Positions 29,641 to 38,303 of a stretch of DNA of 64,000 bases are shown here, one piece after another. Positions within the stretch are counted from its first letter, which is position 1. Each line of letters starts with the position of its first letter. A program made the translations under genes and the position numbers. The stretch lies in the sequence record NC_028847.1. One strand, written 5' to 3'. The notes under the pieces are model-generated. The model was given only the letters and a program-made list of their open reading frames with translations. It was not told the DNA's origin and searched no databases. Source of the stretch: Escherichia phage QL01.

Positions 29641-31725
29641 TTACCCTTGGATGAATTTTTCTGGGATGTCATAGAGGTCTATGCATGAAGCCAAAAGAGG
29701 CAGTACATCAAACCGTGTAGATTTAACAAATGAATCAAAAGATAAGGGGCTTTCGGAAGTATCGAAGTCATCTTGATATACGACCAACTCGCCGGTTTCC
29801 ATTAGTACATCACCATCATATACCACAGATTCTTGAAGCTCATCTGTTGTCATAACTTCAGCTTGAATGAGTTTTGTATTACTAGATGTTGTTCCATCAT
29901 TATTAGAAGCATCTGTTATTTTATTAACTTTGACCATTAATCCACGCGGTAGAATAACTTCGGCTTCAGTTGCTATTCCGAGATTTCCTGGATATACGAC
30001 ATTAACTTTATGGGCCCCATCAATAGCCCATCCTATTTGAACTTTAACATAATCAGGATTTTCTTTATATGCTCTTATTTCATTAGGATTAATAGTTATT
30101 CCTTCTTCATTTTTATCGACTGTCAATTCATTGCGAACTTCAGGTTCTAAAAGACCGATACCAGCGTGCGTAACACCAAAACGTCCGAAAATTATAGGGG
30201 TCAATGAAGTGGATACAAAATTTCTAAAATAAAACACTTTATTTTTAACTAGTGCTTCGTATATAGGAGCAGTCATACTCTGGGCACGATAAACTGTGAT
30301 GCCCTCTGGTATACGGTCGCCATTTTCAAAAGCAGAATCCAAATTATTAACTGCAGATTCGATATCTTTTTCGCTCATAACCTCATAGTTCTGAGGATTA
30401 TAACGTCCTAAAAGAAGATTATTTATGTCTGTATATCCTGAACCACAATATTCTCTGATACCACGCTTTTGTGATGGAGTATATTTAGAACCCTCACGAG
30501 CAATAGTAATATCGACCATAATACCGCCACCTACACCAGCAAAACTATACACGCGTTTTTTAATGAACTTGGTCTTGGCCGCTTTCCACTTGGCCTCTGT
30601 CAATTCGTTCCAAAGGTCATCAGGTTGGCCTTTACGGGTTCTGTTATGAATAGCCAGCCACTCGCCTTTGTATTCTTCGAAAATGGTATTAATAGTAGAG
30701 GCATATTTTTCTAGGGCTTTAACAGATGTCAAAGGTTCGTTTTTGATGGCCGTAAGGATTTTCTCTTTAATTTTCTCTTGGATTTCGCCAATACCGTGAA
30801 GTGGGAACAATTTGTAATCGTAATGCAATTCTTCAGCAGTGCCTTCAGCCACTATATTAGCAACCTTATTTTTAGCCGCAGGAGAATTGTTATTAGTAAC
30901 CATTTCCTGAGCCTCAGGGATTAATGGAACTGTTGCCGGTTTATTAAAATCTACTGCAGTAGCTTCATATTTCTTAAACAGCTCACTTTCATTACGATAA
31001 GATTCTAACGATTGACTTGCTGCAATGGCACGTCGAGAAATCTTAGTCTTGGTTATAACCATTTTATCAGTGCGACGTTCTTCAACCTTAGCAATACTAC
31101 CGGCAATAGCAGTTTCTTTAGTAACCTGCATGCCTTCTTTTTTGGAAATATAAACTTCGCCGACATCAGAATCTACCTTAGTATACAATTCAGCATTAAT
31201 TCCAGGCATACCTTTGATATCTTCTATATCAGCTTGTTTACGAACTACCAGGATGTAAGTATGTTTACCGGTAAATTGGTACATAGCCGGAACTACTTTA
31301 AAACGTCCACCTGTTTTCTGTGCTACCAAACGTTGGATAATCCGTTGAACGATAGGGCCTTGACCTTTCATTTTCTTAGTAGGGAAACGGAACATCACGG
31401 CATCCATACGAAGCTTTTTAACTTGGTCATAAACCACATCAAAAATAGTATTAATCGCATCTACGGGAGTAGGGCCTAGGCCACCTTTAAGTTCGGCAGG
31501 CGAACCTTTAGCTGAAAGGCTCATAAGGATAACGTGGGCATATTTATCACCCATCTTAACCTGTTTAATAGCATCACCTTCAGAAGCGTAGGATACCATA
31601 CGCGCCACTAATTGGGATTCTGCGTCACCAATCTTCCAAATCTGGGGTACTTTAAGTTTTGGGTTCAAGTTTACTGTAGGCAGTGTGCCTTCGGACTCAA
31701 ACACTTCATTTAATTGTTCGGTCAT
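29641..31725 (-). CDS. alt: Alt ADP-ribosyltransferase (closest to T4 Alt)
   Basis: 694 aa; long blocks matching T4 Alt (KISRRAIA.SQSLES, PSQKRGIREY.GSGY.DINN.LLG, VFYFRNFVSTSL, EVILPRGLMVKVNKITDAS, ...KFIQG). Confidence 0.95.
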   Translation of the reverse strand: MTEQLNEVFESEGTLPTVNLNPKLKVPQIWKIGDAESQLVARMVSYASEGDAIKQVKMGDKYAHVILMSLSAKGSPAELKGGLGPTPVDAINTIFDVVYDQVKKLRMDAVMFRFPTKKMKGQGPIVQRIIQRLVAQKTGGRFKVVPAMYQFTGKHTYILVVRKQADIEDIKGMPGINAELYTKVDSDVGEVYISKKEGMQVTKETAIAGSIAKVEERRTDKMVITKTKISRRAIAASQSLESYRNESELFKKYEATAVDFNKPATVPLIPEAQEMVTNNNSPAAKNKVANIVAEGTAEELHYDYKLFPLHGIGEIQEKIKEKILTAIKNEPLTSVKALEKYASTINTIFEEYKGEWLAIHNRTRKGQPDDLWNELTEAKWKAAKTKFIKKRVYSFAGVGGGIMVDITIAREGSKYTPSQKRGIREYCGSGYTDINNLLLGRYNPQNYEVMSEKDIESAVNNLDSAFENGDRIPEGITVYRAQSMTAPIYEALVKNKVFYFRNFVSTSLTPIIFGRFGVTHAGIGLLEPEVRNELTVDKNEEGITINPNEIRAYKENPDYVKVQIGWAIDGAHKVNVVYPGNLGIATEAEVILPRGLMVKVNKITDASNNDGTTSSNTKLIQAEVMTTDELQESVVYDGDVLMETGELVVYQDDFDTSESPLSFDSFVKSTRFDVLPLLASCIDLYDIPEKFIQG

Positions 31726-31748
31726 AATAATTCCTCTTTAATAACCTT

Positions 31749-31756
31749 ATTTATGC
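31749..31756 (-). promoter_or_regulatory. late-promoter-like CATAAATA upstream of alt array
   Basis: 7/8 match to TATAAATA about 25 bp upstream of alt ATG; first base deviates. Confidence 0.35.
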
Positions 31757-31760
31757 CAGA

Positions 31761-31778
31761 AAAGGCCCGAAGGCCTTT
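31761..31778 (-). terminator. hairpin terminator (AAAGGCC-UUCG-GGCCUUU on minus strand) after 31780..32004 ORF
   Basis: 7-bp stem, UUCG loop, U-rich tail. Confidence 0.6.
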
Positions 31779-31779
31779 A

Positions 31780-32004
31780 TTAAAGTACTAACAGCGTACG
31801 GTACACTTCAAATTTAGGACCCTTTTCATAGCGGTCGAAATTATCTTTAAAATCAGCGAACGCGATTTCATTTTCAAATTCAAGGACAATTTGGGACACT
31901 GCAGTGGAGACATCCCCACCTTCTTTATATCCAATAACCACGGTTTCTAAATAAGCTTTCATATTATAGACCAGTTTGAGACCAATCACCGAATACATCT
32001 TCAA
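31780..32004 (-). CDS. hypothetical protein
   Basis: 74 aa ORF between ligase and alt, followed by hairpin terminator; start may be internal ATG. Confidence 0.45.
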   Translation of the reverse strand: MKMYSVIGLKLVYNMKAYLETVVIGYKEGGDVSTAVSQIVLEFENEIAFADFKDNFDRYEKGPKFEVYRTLLVL

Positions 32005-33487
32005 ATGTATCAGCTTCTGTTTTATCGAAACGCCAACCTTTAATAATTGGAAGGAAAATACCTACAGTATCGGTACGTCCTTTAGAATGAACCCAACCAT
32101 TACATTCACAGTCGGCAATACGGCCAATCAATTTACCTTCACGAGCTTGTTTCATAAGAAGTTCACGGTCTAAATCAGGCCGGTCTTCCAATGGAATCAA
32201 TACCTTTTTACCTGATTTATCTTTCTTATGGGTGGTATCTTTAAAGCCTGAACCACAGTCACTTGTAATTCGACGACAACGTGATACTAATTCAACACCA
32301 CCAAGTTTGTTAGGGTCCTTCGAGTGTTCATAATAACCTACTACTTCTAAAGCAATATCGATTACTTCTTTGAACTTGATAAGATTCTTAGAACGGCGGT
32401 TTTCCCAGTAGGAGTCCATGTTCTTAAGGATAATACCTTCCAGACCTTGGTCGACATATTTCTTATAAACGACTTTAGCTTCTTCAAGATTATTAACCCA
32501 CTGGTTTTCGATAGCTTCAACACGCGTTGTGCCATGCAATACGACATTATGAGCCACCATAAGTTCTAAGGCTGTAAAGCGTACATCATACTTATCACCT
32601 TTAATTTTGCCTTCAGAATACACGACATCCAGTGGGACATAATCCCATGCCTGTAATACCATACCAGCGGCTTCAGATGGGGTGATAGTTCCTTGAAGAG
32701 CCTTATTAGCCAATCCATTTGACGTAGAACGATCGGCGACAGTTTGGAATTCTTTGGCTTTACTTAATTCAGGAAGTTCCTCGTCAAACATACTAAACAA
32801 ATCATTAGATGCTTTAGGTTCAACTTTAGGAGTATGGTAAACTAATTCGCCATCAATCATAACGCCATTAGGATGACGTTGACGAGCTTCTTCGGTCATC
32901 GCCATTAATTCAGCAGCTAAAAGATGAAGCCCTTGGTATTCATTACCACCACGAGTAAGGAATGTCACACCATCGTTACGAACTTCGGCAAAACAACGAG
33001 CACCATCAGCTTTTAATTGAGCAAACGCTGGCCATTTAATATTTTTCTTAATCAAAGCTTCATCATAAGAACTCGCCAACATCTGCTGTTGTTCAGGGAT
33101 TAAACCTTTCCAAACCTTGTTAGCAATAGAAATCGATGCACCACATTCAAGGTCGCGCATCATTACACGACGTAATACCTCGGCATCCGGGGCCTTAGCA
33201 TCAGCAATGATTTGAGCCAGTTCTTCAATAGCCGCATTACCCGTAATCTTACGTGTGGCTAATGTGAATTCAGCGAAATCAAGAAGGTCCTCAAGAGTAA
33301 TCATACCAAAGGATTGAGATGTAAATCCAGGTTCTGGCCACTTTTTAATACCGTAGTTCAGACGACGGGTATAAGCCATACGATAAACACGTTTCAGAAG
33401 CTCATTGTCCTTTTCACGAGCAATAATGGCTTCTTTAGCTTTAGTAGAATCAATAGCAGCAATTTCGTTTAAAATATCTAAAATCAT
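31964..33487 (-). CDS. 30: DNA ligase gp30 (ATP-dependent)
   Basis: Strong identity to T4 DNA ligase (RKITGNAAIEEL, RVMMRDLECGAS.SIANKVW.GLIPEQ, AQLKADGARCFAEVR, EGIILKN, CECNGW); start moved to ATG MILDILNEIA with GAGGTGA SD. Confidence 0.96.
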   Translation of the reverse strand: MILDILNEIAAIDSTKAKEAIIAREKDNELLKRVYRMAYTRRLNYGIKKWPEPGFTSQSFGMITLEDLLDFAEFTLATRKITGNAAIEELAQIIADAKAPDAEVLRRVMMRDLECGASISIANKVWKGLIPEQQQMLASSYDEALIKKNIKWPAFAQLKADGARCFAEVRNDGVTFLTRGGNEYQGLHLLAAELMAMTEEARQRHPNGVMIDGELVYHTPKVEPKASNDLFSMFDEELPELSKAKEFQTVADRSTSNGLANKALQGTITPSEAAGMVLQAWDYVPLDVVYSEGKIKGDKYDVRFTALELMVAHNVVLHGTTRVEAIENQWVNNLEEAKVVYKKYVDQGLEGIILKNMDSYWENRRSKNLIKFKEVIDIALEVVGYYEHSKDPNKLGGVELVSRCRRITSDCGSGFKDTTHKKDKSGKKVLIPLEDRPDLDRELLMKQAREGKLIGRIADCECNGWVHSKGRTDTVGIFLPIIKGWRFDKTEADTFEDVFGDWSQTGL

Positions 33488-33497
33488 AATCACCTCA

Positions 33498-33776
33498 TTA
33501 GTCATGGATTCTATTATAAGCCACATCAGCCAAAAGCAAGTCTAATCGCTTATGATAAGAGAACACAAATCTCATTCGCCCATCAGATTTGAACTTGGAC
33601 ATAAAGTGGACATAAATGAATCCCTGTTCGACGCATTCGCGCCAAACAGGATGGTCTTTAGCCGGATTTACATCAAATGAGTAATCATGATTCACATGAC
33701 GAATAAACTGGTTTACATGACCATAATCCATTGTAGTGGTAGGACCATAGTCTGAAATTGTATGAACTACAAACAT
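33498..33776 (-). CDS. hypothetical protein (30.1 position)
   Basis: ORF with GAGG SD before internal ATG (MFVVHT...). Confidence 0.5.
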   Translation of the reverse strand: MFVVHTISDYGPTTTMDYGHVNQFIRHVNHDYSFDVNPAKDHPVWRECVEQGFIYVHFMSKFKSDGRMRFVFSYHKRLDLLLADVAYNRIHD

Positions 33777-33777
33777 A

Positions 33778-34416
33778 TTAACCTCGAGCAATCCATTCAA
33801 CTGCGGCATTATTACGAAGGGATTCGATTGCTGCGATATCGTCCCATGAATTAACCTTTACGGCCAAATTAGGTTTAAAGTCACGTTCACCACGAGCCAA
33901 CCAATAAACTTGGATATCCATGAGAACATTAGATGCGGCATCACAGTGGTGAGCCAAATCATCAACATAAAACTTAATACGTTTACCGTACGTATTTTTA
34001 GCTCTTATGAAGAGGTCTTCTTTTGATTCTGAATGACCACACATCAGAATCTCCTTGAATGCGCCAGGGAACAAAGCATTCAAATTGAATTGTCTATTCA
34101 GCAGTGCATCAATTGAGTCGCCTAGCGCAGTCACGGCTACAAAATCGAAGTCTTTTTTGAGCTTGTTGATATGTTTTAATGCGTCCATGTAAGGAGACAG
34201 ATAACGAATAAAATCTGACTGATTGTACTTCTCGATTAAACGAGCGCCTAATTCATTATCACAATTAAACAGCTCACCAGGAGATAAGAAACGTTCGTCC
34301 TGAATCATATTCAAAATATGTTCTAAAGGCAAATTATATTTCTGTGCGAAATAAGGCAAGCCGGACTGCCAACTTAAACATACTCCATCGATATCTGTTA
34401 AGATAACTGGTTTCAT
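33778..34416 (-). CDS. HAD-superfamily-like hydrolase (30.2 position)
   Basis: N-terminal ILTDIDGV resembles HAD motif I (DxDG); 212 aa. Confidence 0.55.
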   Translation of the reverse strand: MKPVILTDIDGVCLSWQSGLPYFAQKYNLPLEHILNMIQDERFLSPGELFNCDNELGARLIEKYNQSDFIRYLSPYMDALKHINKLKKDFDFVAVTALGDSIDALLNRQFNLNALFPGAFKEILMCGHSESKEDLFIRAKNTYGKRIKFYVDDLAHHCDAASNVLMDIQVYWLARGERDFKPNLAVKVNSWDDIAAIESLRNNAAVEWIARG

Positions 34417-34871
34417 AATAAATCTCTCAATTTGTTTAGGATGTCGATAAACTCTTTTTCAGTTAGTATTGTATCACATTCTGTAAGGTGGCTCGCCATC
34501 GAATGCTTTAAAACTTTGCCCTTTGTAGCTTGTAATGCGTCGCGGAATCCTTTGTTTTGGAGCGCTGCTTCAAAATATGCATTTGTATACAACTCTTTCC
34601 ATGATGTAGAGTATCTTGAAAAGGGAATTCCAAGCCAGAAAAGCGTCCCACGGTCCGCAGCTCTTGCATAAGCTCTTCCAGTTTGTTGTGCGGCCAGACC
34701 GGACATCCCAAATATACGTTTTTGTTGTTCATGATTTCTCACCTTACACCCTTGGAGGAATCCTTCGAGCCCTCCAAATTGGATACCATCCATAACGAAA
34801 GGCCATTTAGCAAAGTTACTTAATGCACATGATGGCCATGGAAAATTGCTTCTTATTTCTAACTCAGACAT
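34413..34871 (-). CDS. NADAR/YbiA-like domain protein (30.3 position)
   Basis: Motif pattern LSNF...WPF..DG..F...E.FLQ resembles NADAR (YbiA-like) family signature; start placed at internal ATG overlapping upstream stop. Confidence 0.55.
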   Translation of the reverse strand: MSELEIRSNFPWPSCALSNFAKWPFVMDGIQFGGLEGFLQGCKVRNHEQQKRIFGMSGLAAQQTGRAYARAADRGTLFWLGIPFSRYSTSWKELYTNAYFEAALQNKGFRDALQATKGKVLKHSMASHLTECDTILTEKEFIDILNKLRDLL

Positions 34872-35076
34872 CTTTGACACTTATAATTTCGACATCAGCC
34901 CAATGACCATAACCAGGTAGACGGTCTTCAATAGATAATCCGCCATCAGATTTCAGCATTTTAATTGTTTTAGTATATGGTTCATCTTGTGGATGCACAG
35001 GAGATAAATCAGTTACACGATAAGTCACTTCGACCATTTCCGTACCTAATAATTTCTGAATCAATTTCTTAAACAT
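34864..35076 (-). CDS. hypothetical protein
   Basis: 70 aa ORF with GAGGA SD. Confidence 0.5.
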   Translation of the reverse strand: MFKKLIQKLLGTEMVEVTYRVTDLSPVHPQDEPYTKTIKMLKSDGGLSIEDRLPGYGHWADVEIISVKDV

Positions 35077-35077
35077 A

Positions 35078-35272
35078 TTATCCTCGCTTTAAACATTTGA
35101 TTACAGACAGTTCACCGCCCATGCGAACGTCTTCAGTTCCATCGACCCATAAGACGGTGTAGGCTTCTTTAATAGTAACATTACCTAATTTAAAAGCAGG
35201 TAGAACCTTGGAAATCATTCCAGGAATACCTACACCTTTTAACTGAACCGTTTGCGATAAGAATAATTTCAT
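35078..35272 (-). CDS. hypothetical protein
   Basis: 64 aa ORF, tightly packed with neighbours. Confidence 0.45.
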   Translation of the reverse strand: MKLFLSQTVQLKGVGIPGMISKVLPAFKLGNVTIKEAYTVLWVDGTEDVRMGGELSVIKCLKRG

Positions 35273-35273
35273 G

Positions 35274-35570
35274 TTAGCCTCGGTATTTCATTTGGAAGCA
35301 ATGCTGCTCGTCACATTCAATAAAGAACTTGCGGTCTGCAGCAGAAATAATAATTCGTTCATCTTGACGGGCGTCCGTTTTGATAGATTTCATATCATAA
35401 GACACTTTATCATACGGTATATAGATTTTATACACGTCGCCATTCTGGGCGAAATCAACACGGAATAGCTCTAGACCTATTAAATCAGTTACAAGACTGT
35501 TTATAGCATAGAACCCGTCAAGCTGGCTAGTAGGCAAACAGTACCATTTACCTTCAATAAACTCTAACAT
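35274..35570 (-). CDS. hypothetical protein
   Basis: Track start is TTG; internal ATG (MLEFIEGKWY...) has GAGG SD. Confidence 0.5.
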   Translation of the reverse strand: MLEFIEGKWYCLPTSQLDGFYAINSLVTDLIGLELFRVDFAQNGDVYKIYIPYDKVSYDMKSIKTDARQDERIIISAADRKFFIECDEQHCFQMKYRG

Positions 35571-35578
35571 AATTAACC

Positions 35579-35866
35579 TCAATATCTCATCTGAAAGCCG
35601 TGTGATTTAACATTACCACCATAGATGTCAGAGGTATTGACTTCACGGGCGACACTTGGGTCGATATTGATATCATGGTTGAGCTTAGTGATTGCTAGGG
35701 TATCACGACCATTAACAGTACGGAATTCTACCGGGCATACAACATCAGCATAGGCCTTAATAGATTCACGAGTGGGTTGTTTGTCGGCAGGAACGTCTTT
35801 ACCTGCTTTAGAGAAAACAACTTCACAGAAATTTTTACGAGTATCAAAATAAGTGGTCATAAACAT
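35579..35866 (-). CDS. hypothetical protein
   Basis: Internal ATG (MFMTTYF...) preceded by GAGGAAAA SD. Confidence 0.5.
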   Translation of the reverse strand: MFMTTYFDTRKNFCEVVFSKAGKDVPADKQPTRESIKAYADVVCPVEFRTVNGRDTLAITKLNHDINIDPSVAREVNTSDIYGGNVKSHGFQMRY

Positions 35867-35882
35867 AATATTTTCCTCAAAG

Positions 35883-35898
35883 GAGGCCGAAGCCTCCA
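35883..35898 (-). terminator. hairpin (GGAGGC-UUCG-GCCUCC) after 35908..36273 ORF
   Basis: 6-bp stem with UUCG loop seen in sequence. Confidence 0.45.
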
Positions 35899-35907
35899 TT
35901 TTTAAGA

Positions 35908-36273
35908 TTAGATGTCGAATTCATTCAGAACTACATCAAAGATTGCTTCCAGGTGTTCAGGTTTAGCTCGGTTGCTCAGGATGTGACGAATCCAAGTTTT
36001 AACCAGAAGCTTACGATTAACACCGTTCCAGCAAGGATGGGTACCTAAATCACGTTGACGGAAATCATCATCTAAAGCGATTTTAAAAGTAGAACCTTCC
36101 ATTGTGATTGAAACCGTAATACCATTTTCAAAGCGCATATAAACGTAGTTAGGAGTCATGCACTGTTCGATTTCGCACACCGCGCCGTTGTTGTGTTTCC
36201 ACAGGCAAATAACTTCAGAAGAACCAGCGATACCGTTAGAAACATATTTACGTTCGAAGTTGATGTAGTTCAT
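35908..36273 (-). CDS. hypothetical protein (early gene)
   Basis: 121 aa ORF with GGAGAATAAA-ATG leader shared with 36347..36679 gene; early promoter upstream. Confidence 0.6.
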   Translation of the reverse strand: MNYINFERKYVSNGIAGSSEVICLWKHNNGAVCEIEQCMTPNYVYMRFENGITVSITMEGSTFKIALDDDFRQRDLGTHPCWNGVNRKLLVKTWIRHILSNRAKPEHLEAIFDVVLNEFDI

Positions 36274-36318
36274 TTTATTCTCCAGTTTGTTTTCGTATTA
36301 TTTGGTACAGGTCTATAA
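36274..36318 (-). repeat. ~45-bp leader repeat copy 1 (TATAGAC.TGTACCAAATAATAC.AAAACAAACTGGAGAATAAA-ATG)
   Basis: Near-identical to 36680..36724; duplicated 5' leader/SD region of two adjacent early genes. Confidence 0.7.
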
Positions 36319-36344
36319 TAACACAACCTGTACCAAAGTAAAAC
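36315..36344 (-). promoter_or_regulatory. early promoter (TTTTAC-N17-TATTAT)
   Basis: Motif upstream of 35908..36273 ORF; embedded in inverted repeat GGTACAGGT/ACCTGTACC. Confidence 0.45.
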
Positions 36345-36346
36345 AT

Positions 36347-36679
36347 TTATTTCACAACATTCCAATTTTTCATATCAAGTTTACCAACTTTTTTCATCTG
36401 AGCAATCAGACGTTCAGCACGTGTACGGGCATTAACATAATAGAATTCACCATTTTTGTTTTCTTCAATACGACCAGTAATTACAGTTTTCAGTTCATAA
36501 ATCCAACCTGTAAAGAAGTTGTGAAGCTCGATGGTGAATGTAAAATCAGTACCCATACCTTCAGTTGTTTCAACTTCGATGATATCACCTTCAACTGCAG
36601 TCAGGACCCACATGGTTTCTTGATATTCACCGTTGAAACATTTAGCTTTAACAGATGCATTCAGATTTACAGTTTTCAT
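36347..36679 (-). CDS. hypothetical protein (early gene)
   Basis: 110 aa ORF with identical leader/SD to 35908..36273; early promoter upstream. Confidence 0.6.
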   Translation of the reverse strand: MKTVNLNASVKAKCFNGEYQETMWVLTAVEGDIIEVETTEGMGTDFTFTIELHNFFTGWIYELKTVITGRIEENKNGEFYYVNARTRAERLIAQMKKVGKLDMKNWNVVK

Positions 36680-36724
36680 TTTATTCTCCAGTTTGTTTTA
36701 GTATTATTTGGTACATGTCTATAG
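36680..36724 (-). repeat. ~45-bp leader repeat copy 2
   Basis: Differs from copy 1 at two positions. Confidence 0.7.
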
Positions 36725-36749
36725 TATCATGCCTACCGGAGATGTACAC
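36721..36749 (-). promoter_or_regulatory. early promoter (GTGTAC-N17-TACTAT)
   Basis: Motif upstream of 36347..36679 ORF. Confidence 0.45.
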
Positions 36750-36775
36750 CCTTTTTTAAAGATTTAGAAACAAAA

Positions 36776-36797
36776 ATGGGACTCCGAAGAGTCCCAT
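36776..36797 (-). terminator. hairpin terminator (GGGACUC-UUCG-GAGUCCC on minus strand) after 53-aa ORF
   Basis: 7-9 bp stem, UUCG loop, U-rich tail on minus strand. Confidence 0.6.
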
Positions 36798-36800
36798 AAC

Positions 36801-36962
36801 TTATGCCTGAGGCTTACCAAAGCAAGCAGCATCTGCACGCAATACTGCACGAGCACGAGCTTGAAGCTTATCAACTACCTGATTGATACGCTTGTTGGAC
36901 GCACGCTTGTAACCAGCGCGTTTAGAGGTACCGTCAACTACTTTAACTTCTTTCTTAGCCAT
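36801..36962 (-). CDS. hypothetical small basic protein (53 aa)
   Basis: Manual read: MAKKEVKVVDGTSKRAGYKRASNKRINQVVDKLQARARAVLRADAACFGKPQA; followed by UUCG-hairpin terminator; below track cutoff. Confidence 0.45.
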   Translation of the reverse strand: MAKKEVKVVDGTSKRAGYKRASNKRINQVVDKLQARARAVLRADAACFGKPQA

Positions 36963-37224
36963 TTTAAATCTCTTAAATTAGGATGCAGGACTTATTGGCG
37001 TTGCCTGCGCAAGCCCTCAAGGGGAACATAGGTTTCGGATATTTAACGACAGGATAACCATAAACCTCGTCATCATACCAACCACGACTTAGACAGATAA
37101 CCTTTTTCTGACGCGTGATAGTACAAAATACATTCAAGAGGTACACCGTAAAACTGTTGGGGTCTTAAAACTATAATGATTCGCAAATCATTAATCAAAC
37201 AGTTCGACGGCTCCTCGATTTAAC

Positions 37225-37473
37225 TTACTTCAGGGTAATAATAAAATGACGTACTGCTTTACGAGCTGCTGAAGCCAAAGGCTTAGCAAATTTCAGTTCA
37301 TCTTTAGCTTCCAGTTCAGCAGCCAGAGTAGCCTGAGCAGGATTCAGATGTTTGAAATAACGCAGGATTTCCAGTGCTTCGGCCTCAACATCAATAGATG
37401 CGCCGTAGTTTTCGTGACCGTTGTTCCAAGCGTTGCGTTGCAGTTCAAGAGCGTGATTCAATTGTTTGTTCAT
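37225..37473 (-). CDS. rIII: rIII lysis inhibition accessory protein
   Basis: 82 aa, same length as T4 rIII as recalled, located between gene 31 and the 30.x cluster. Confidence 0.8.
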   Translation of the reverse strand: MNKQLNHALELQRNAWNNGHENYGASIDVEAEALEILRYFKHLNPAQATLAAELEAKDELKFAKPLASAARKAVRHFIITLK

Positions 37474-37619
37474 TTTAGTTTCTCAATTCGAGATAAAGAT
37501 TGGTGGACACGTTCTTCTGAATTTCACTTCCTTTCGGCAAGTCTCTCAGTTGTAGTCCACCGCTTAGGATTCTCCGGTTAACTAACTAGTCCGGCAGCCA
37601 ATCCATATTATTATTTATA

Positions 37620-37943
37620 TCACTTATAAAGGCAAGGAATAGCTTTATAGTGACAGGTAACGAATTTTTGTTTAATTTCTTTAGGTTGTTTAATACCCAA
37701 TGCAACCAACGGATGAGGCACGTTAGCAATCTTACCAACAGGAAGTGGAGTCAAATCGCCTACTTCACAAAAATCTTCAGGGACATCAGGTCCTACAGAA
37801 TAAATTTCACAAAGTTCAGGGATTTCACCTTGATGAAGTTTGCCAATAACGATACCAGATGCAGTAGTTTCTTCATCACCGGCTTGTTTTGGTTCGGAAA
37901 CGAGAATAACATATTCTCCGACCGCTTTAATAGGAAGTTCCAT
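37620..37943 (-). CDS. 31: gp31 head assembly co-chaperonin (GroES-like)
   Basis: 107 aa; [20 protein letters not shown]...[43 protein letters not shown] match T4 gp31. Confidence 0.96.
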   Translation of the reverse strand: MELPIKAVGEYVILVSEPKQAGDEETTASGIVIGKLHQGEIPELCEIYSVGPDVPEDFCEVGDLTPLPVGKIANVPHPLVALGIKQPKEIKQKFVTCHYKAIPCLYK

Positions 37944-38001
37944 ATTTAATCCATATTGTTTTGTTGATAGATTAATAATAACACGCTATTCTTAAAGCAT
38001 A

Positions 38002-38301
38002 TTACAGGACAAGCAGAGTTTCAGTCTGAAGGCCGTTAATAGAAATCAGCTTATCGAAACGGAATGAGCGCCAATCATTAACCTTGGTATCAAATACTCT
38101 GATATAATTAACAGGTTCTTTATTGGCTTCTGGCCCAGGGGCCTGGACTTCTTTATACGGCAGCAGGTCTAAGTCGCGAGTACAAGTCATACGACGGGCA
38201 CTACCATCAGCTTTTTCAAACAGGACTTCGTGAAAACCAACAGACAAAATAGTCTTGACTTTTTCACGGAGACGAATAGTTTCTTGTTCGGTTAAAATCA
38301 T
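38002..38301 (-). CDS. hypothetical protein (31.1 position)
   Basis: 99 aa ORF with ATG start, between 31 and cd. Confidence 0.55.
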   Translation of the reverse strand: MILTEQETIRLREKVKTILSVGFHEVLFEKADGSARRMTCTRDLDLLPYKEVQAPGPEANKEPVNYIRVFDTKVNDWRSFRFDKLISINGLQTETLLVL

Positions 38302-38303
38302 AA

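Noticed and set aside
36287-36724. 145-aa plus-strand ORF spanning two minus-strand early genes and their promoters
   Set aside because: Overlaps two well-supported minus-strand ORFs with SD sequences and promoters; low-complexity Phe/Asn-rich translation.
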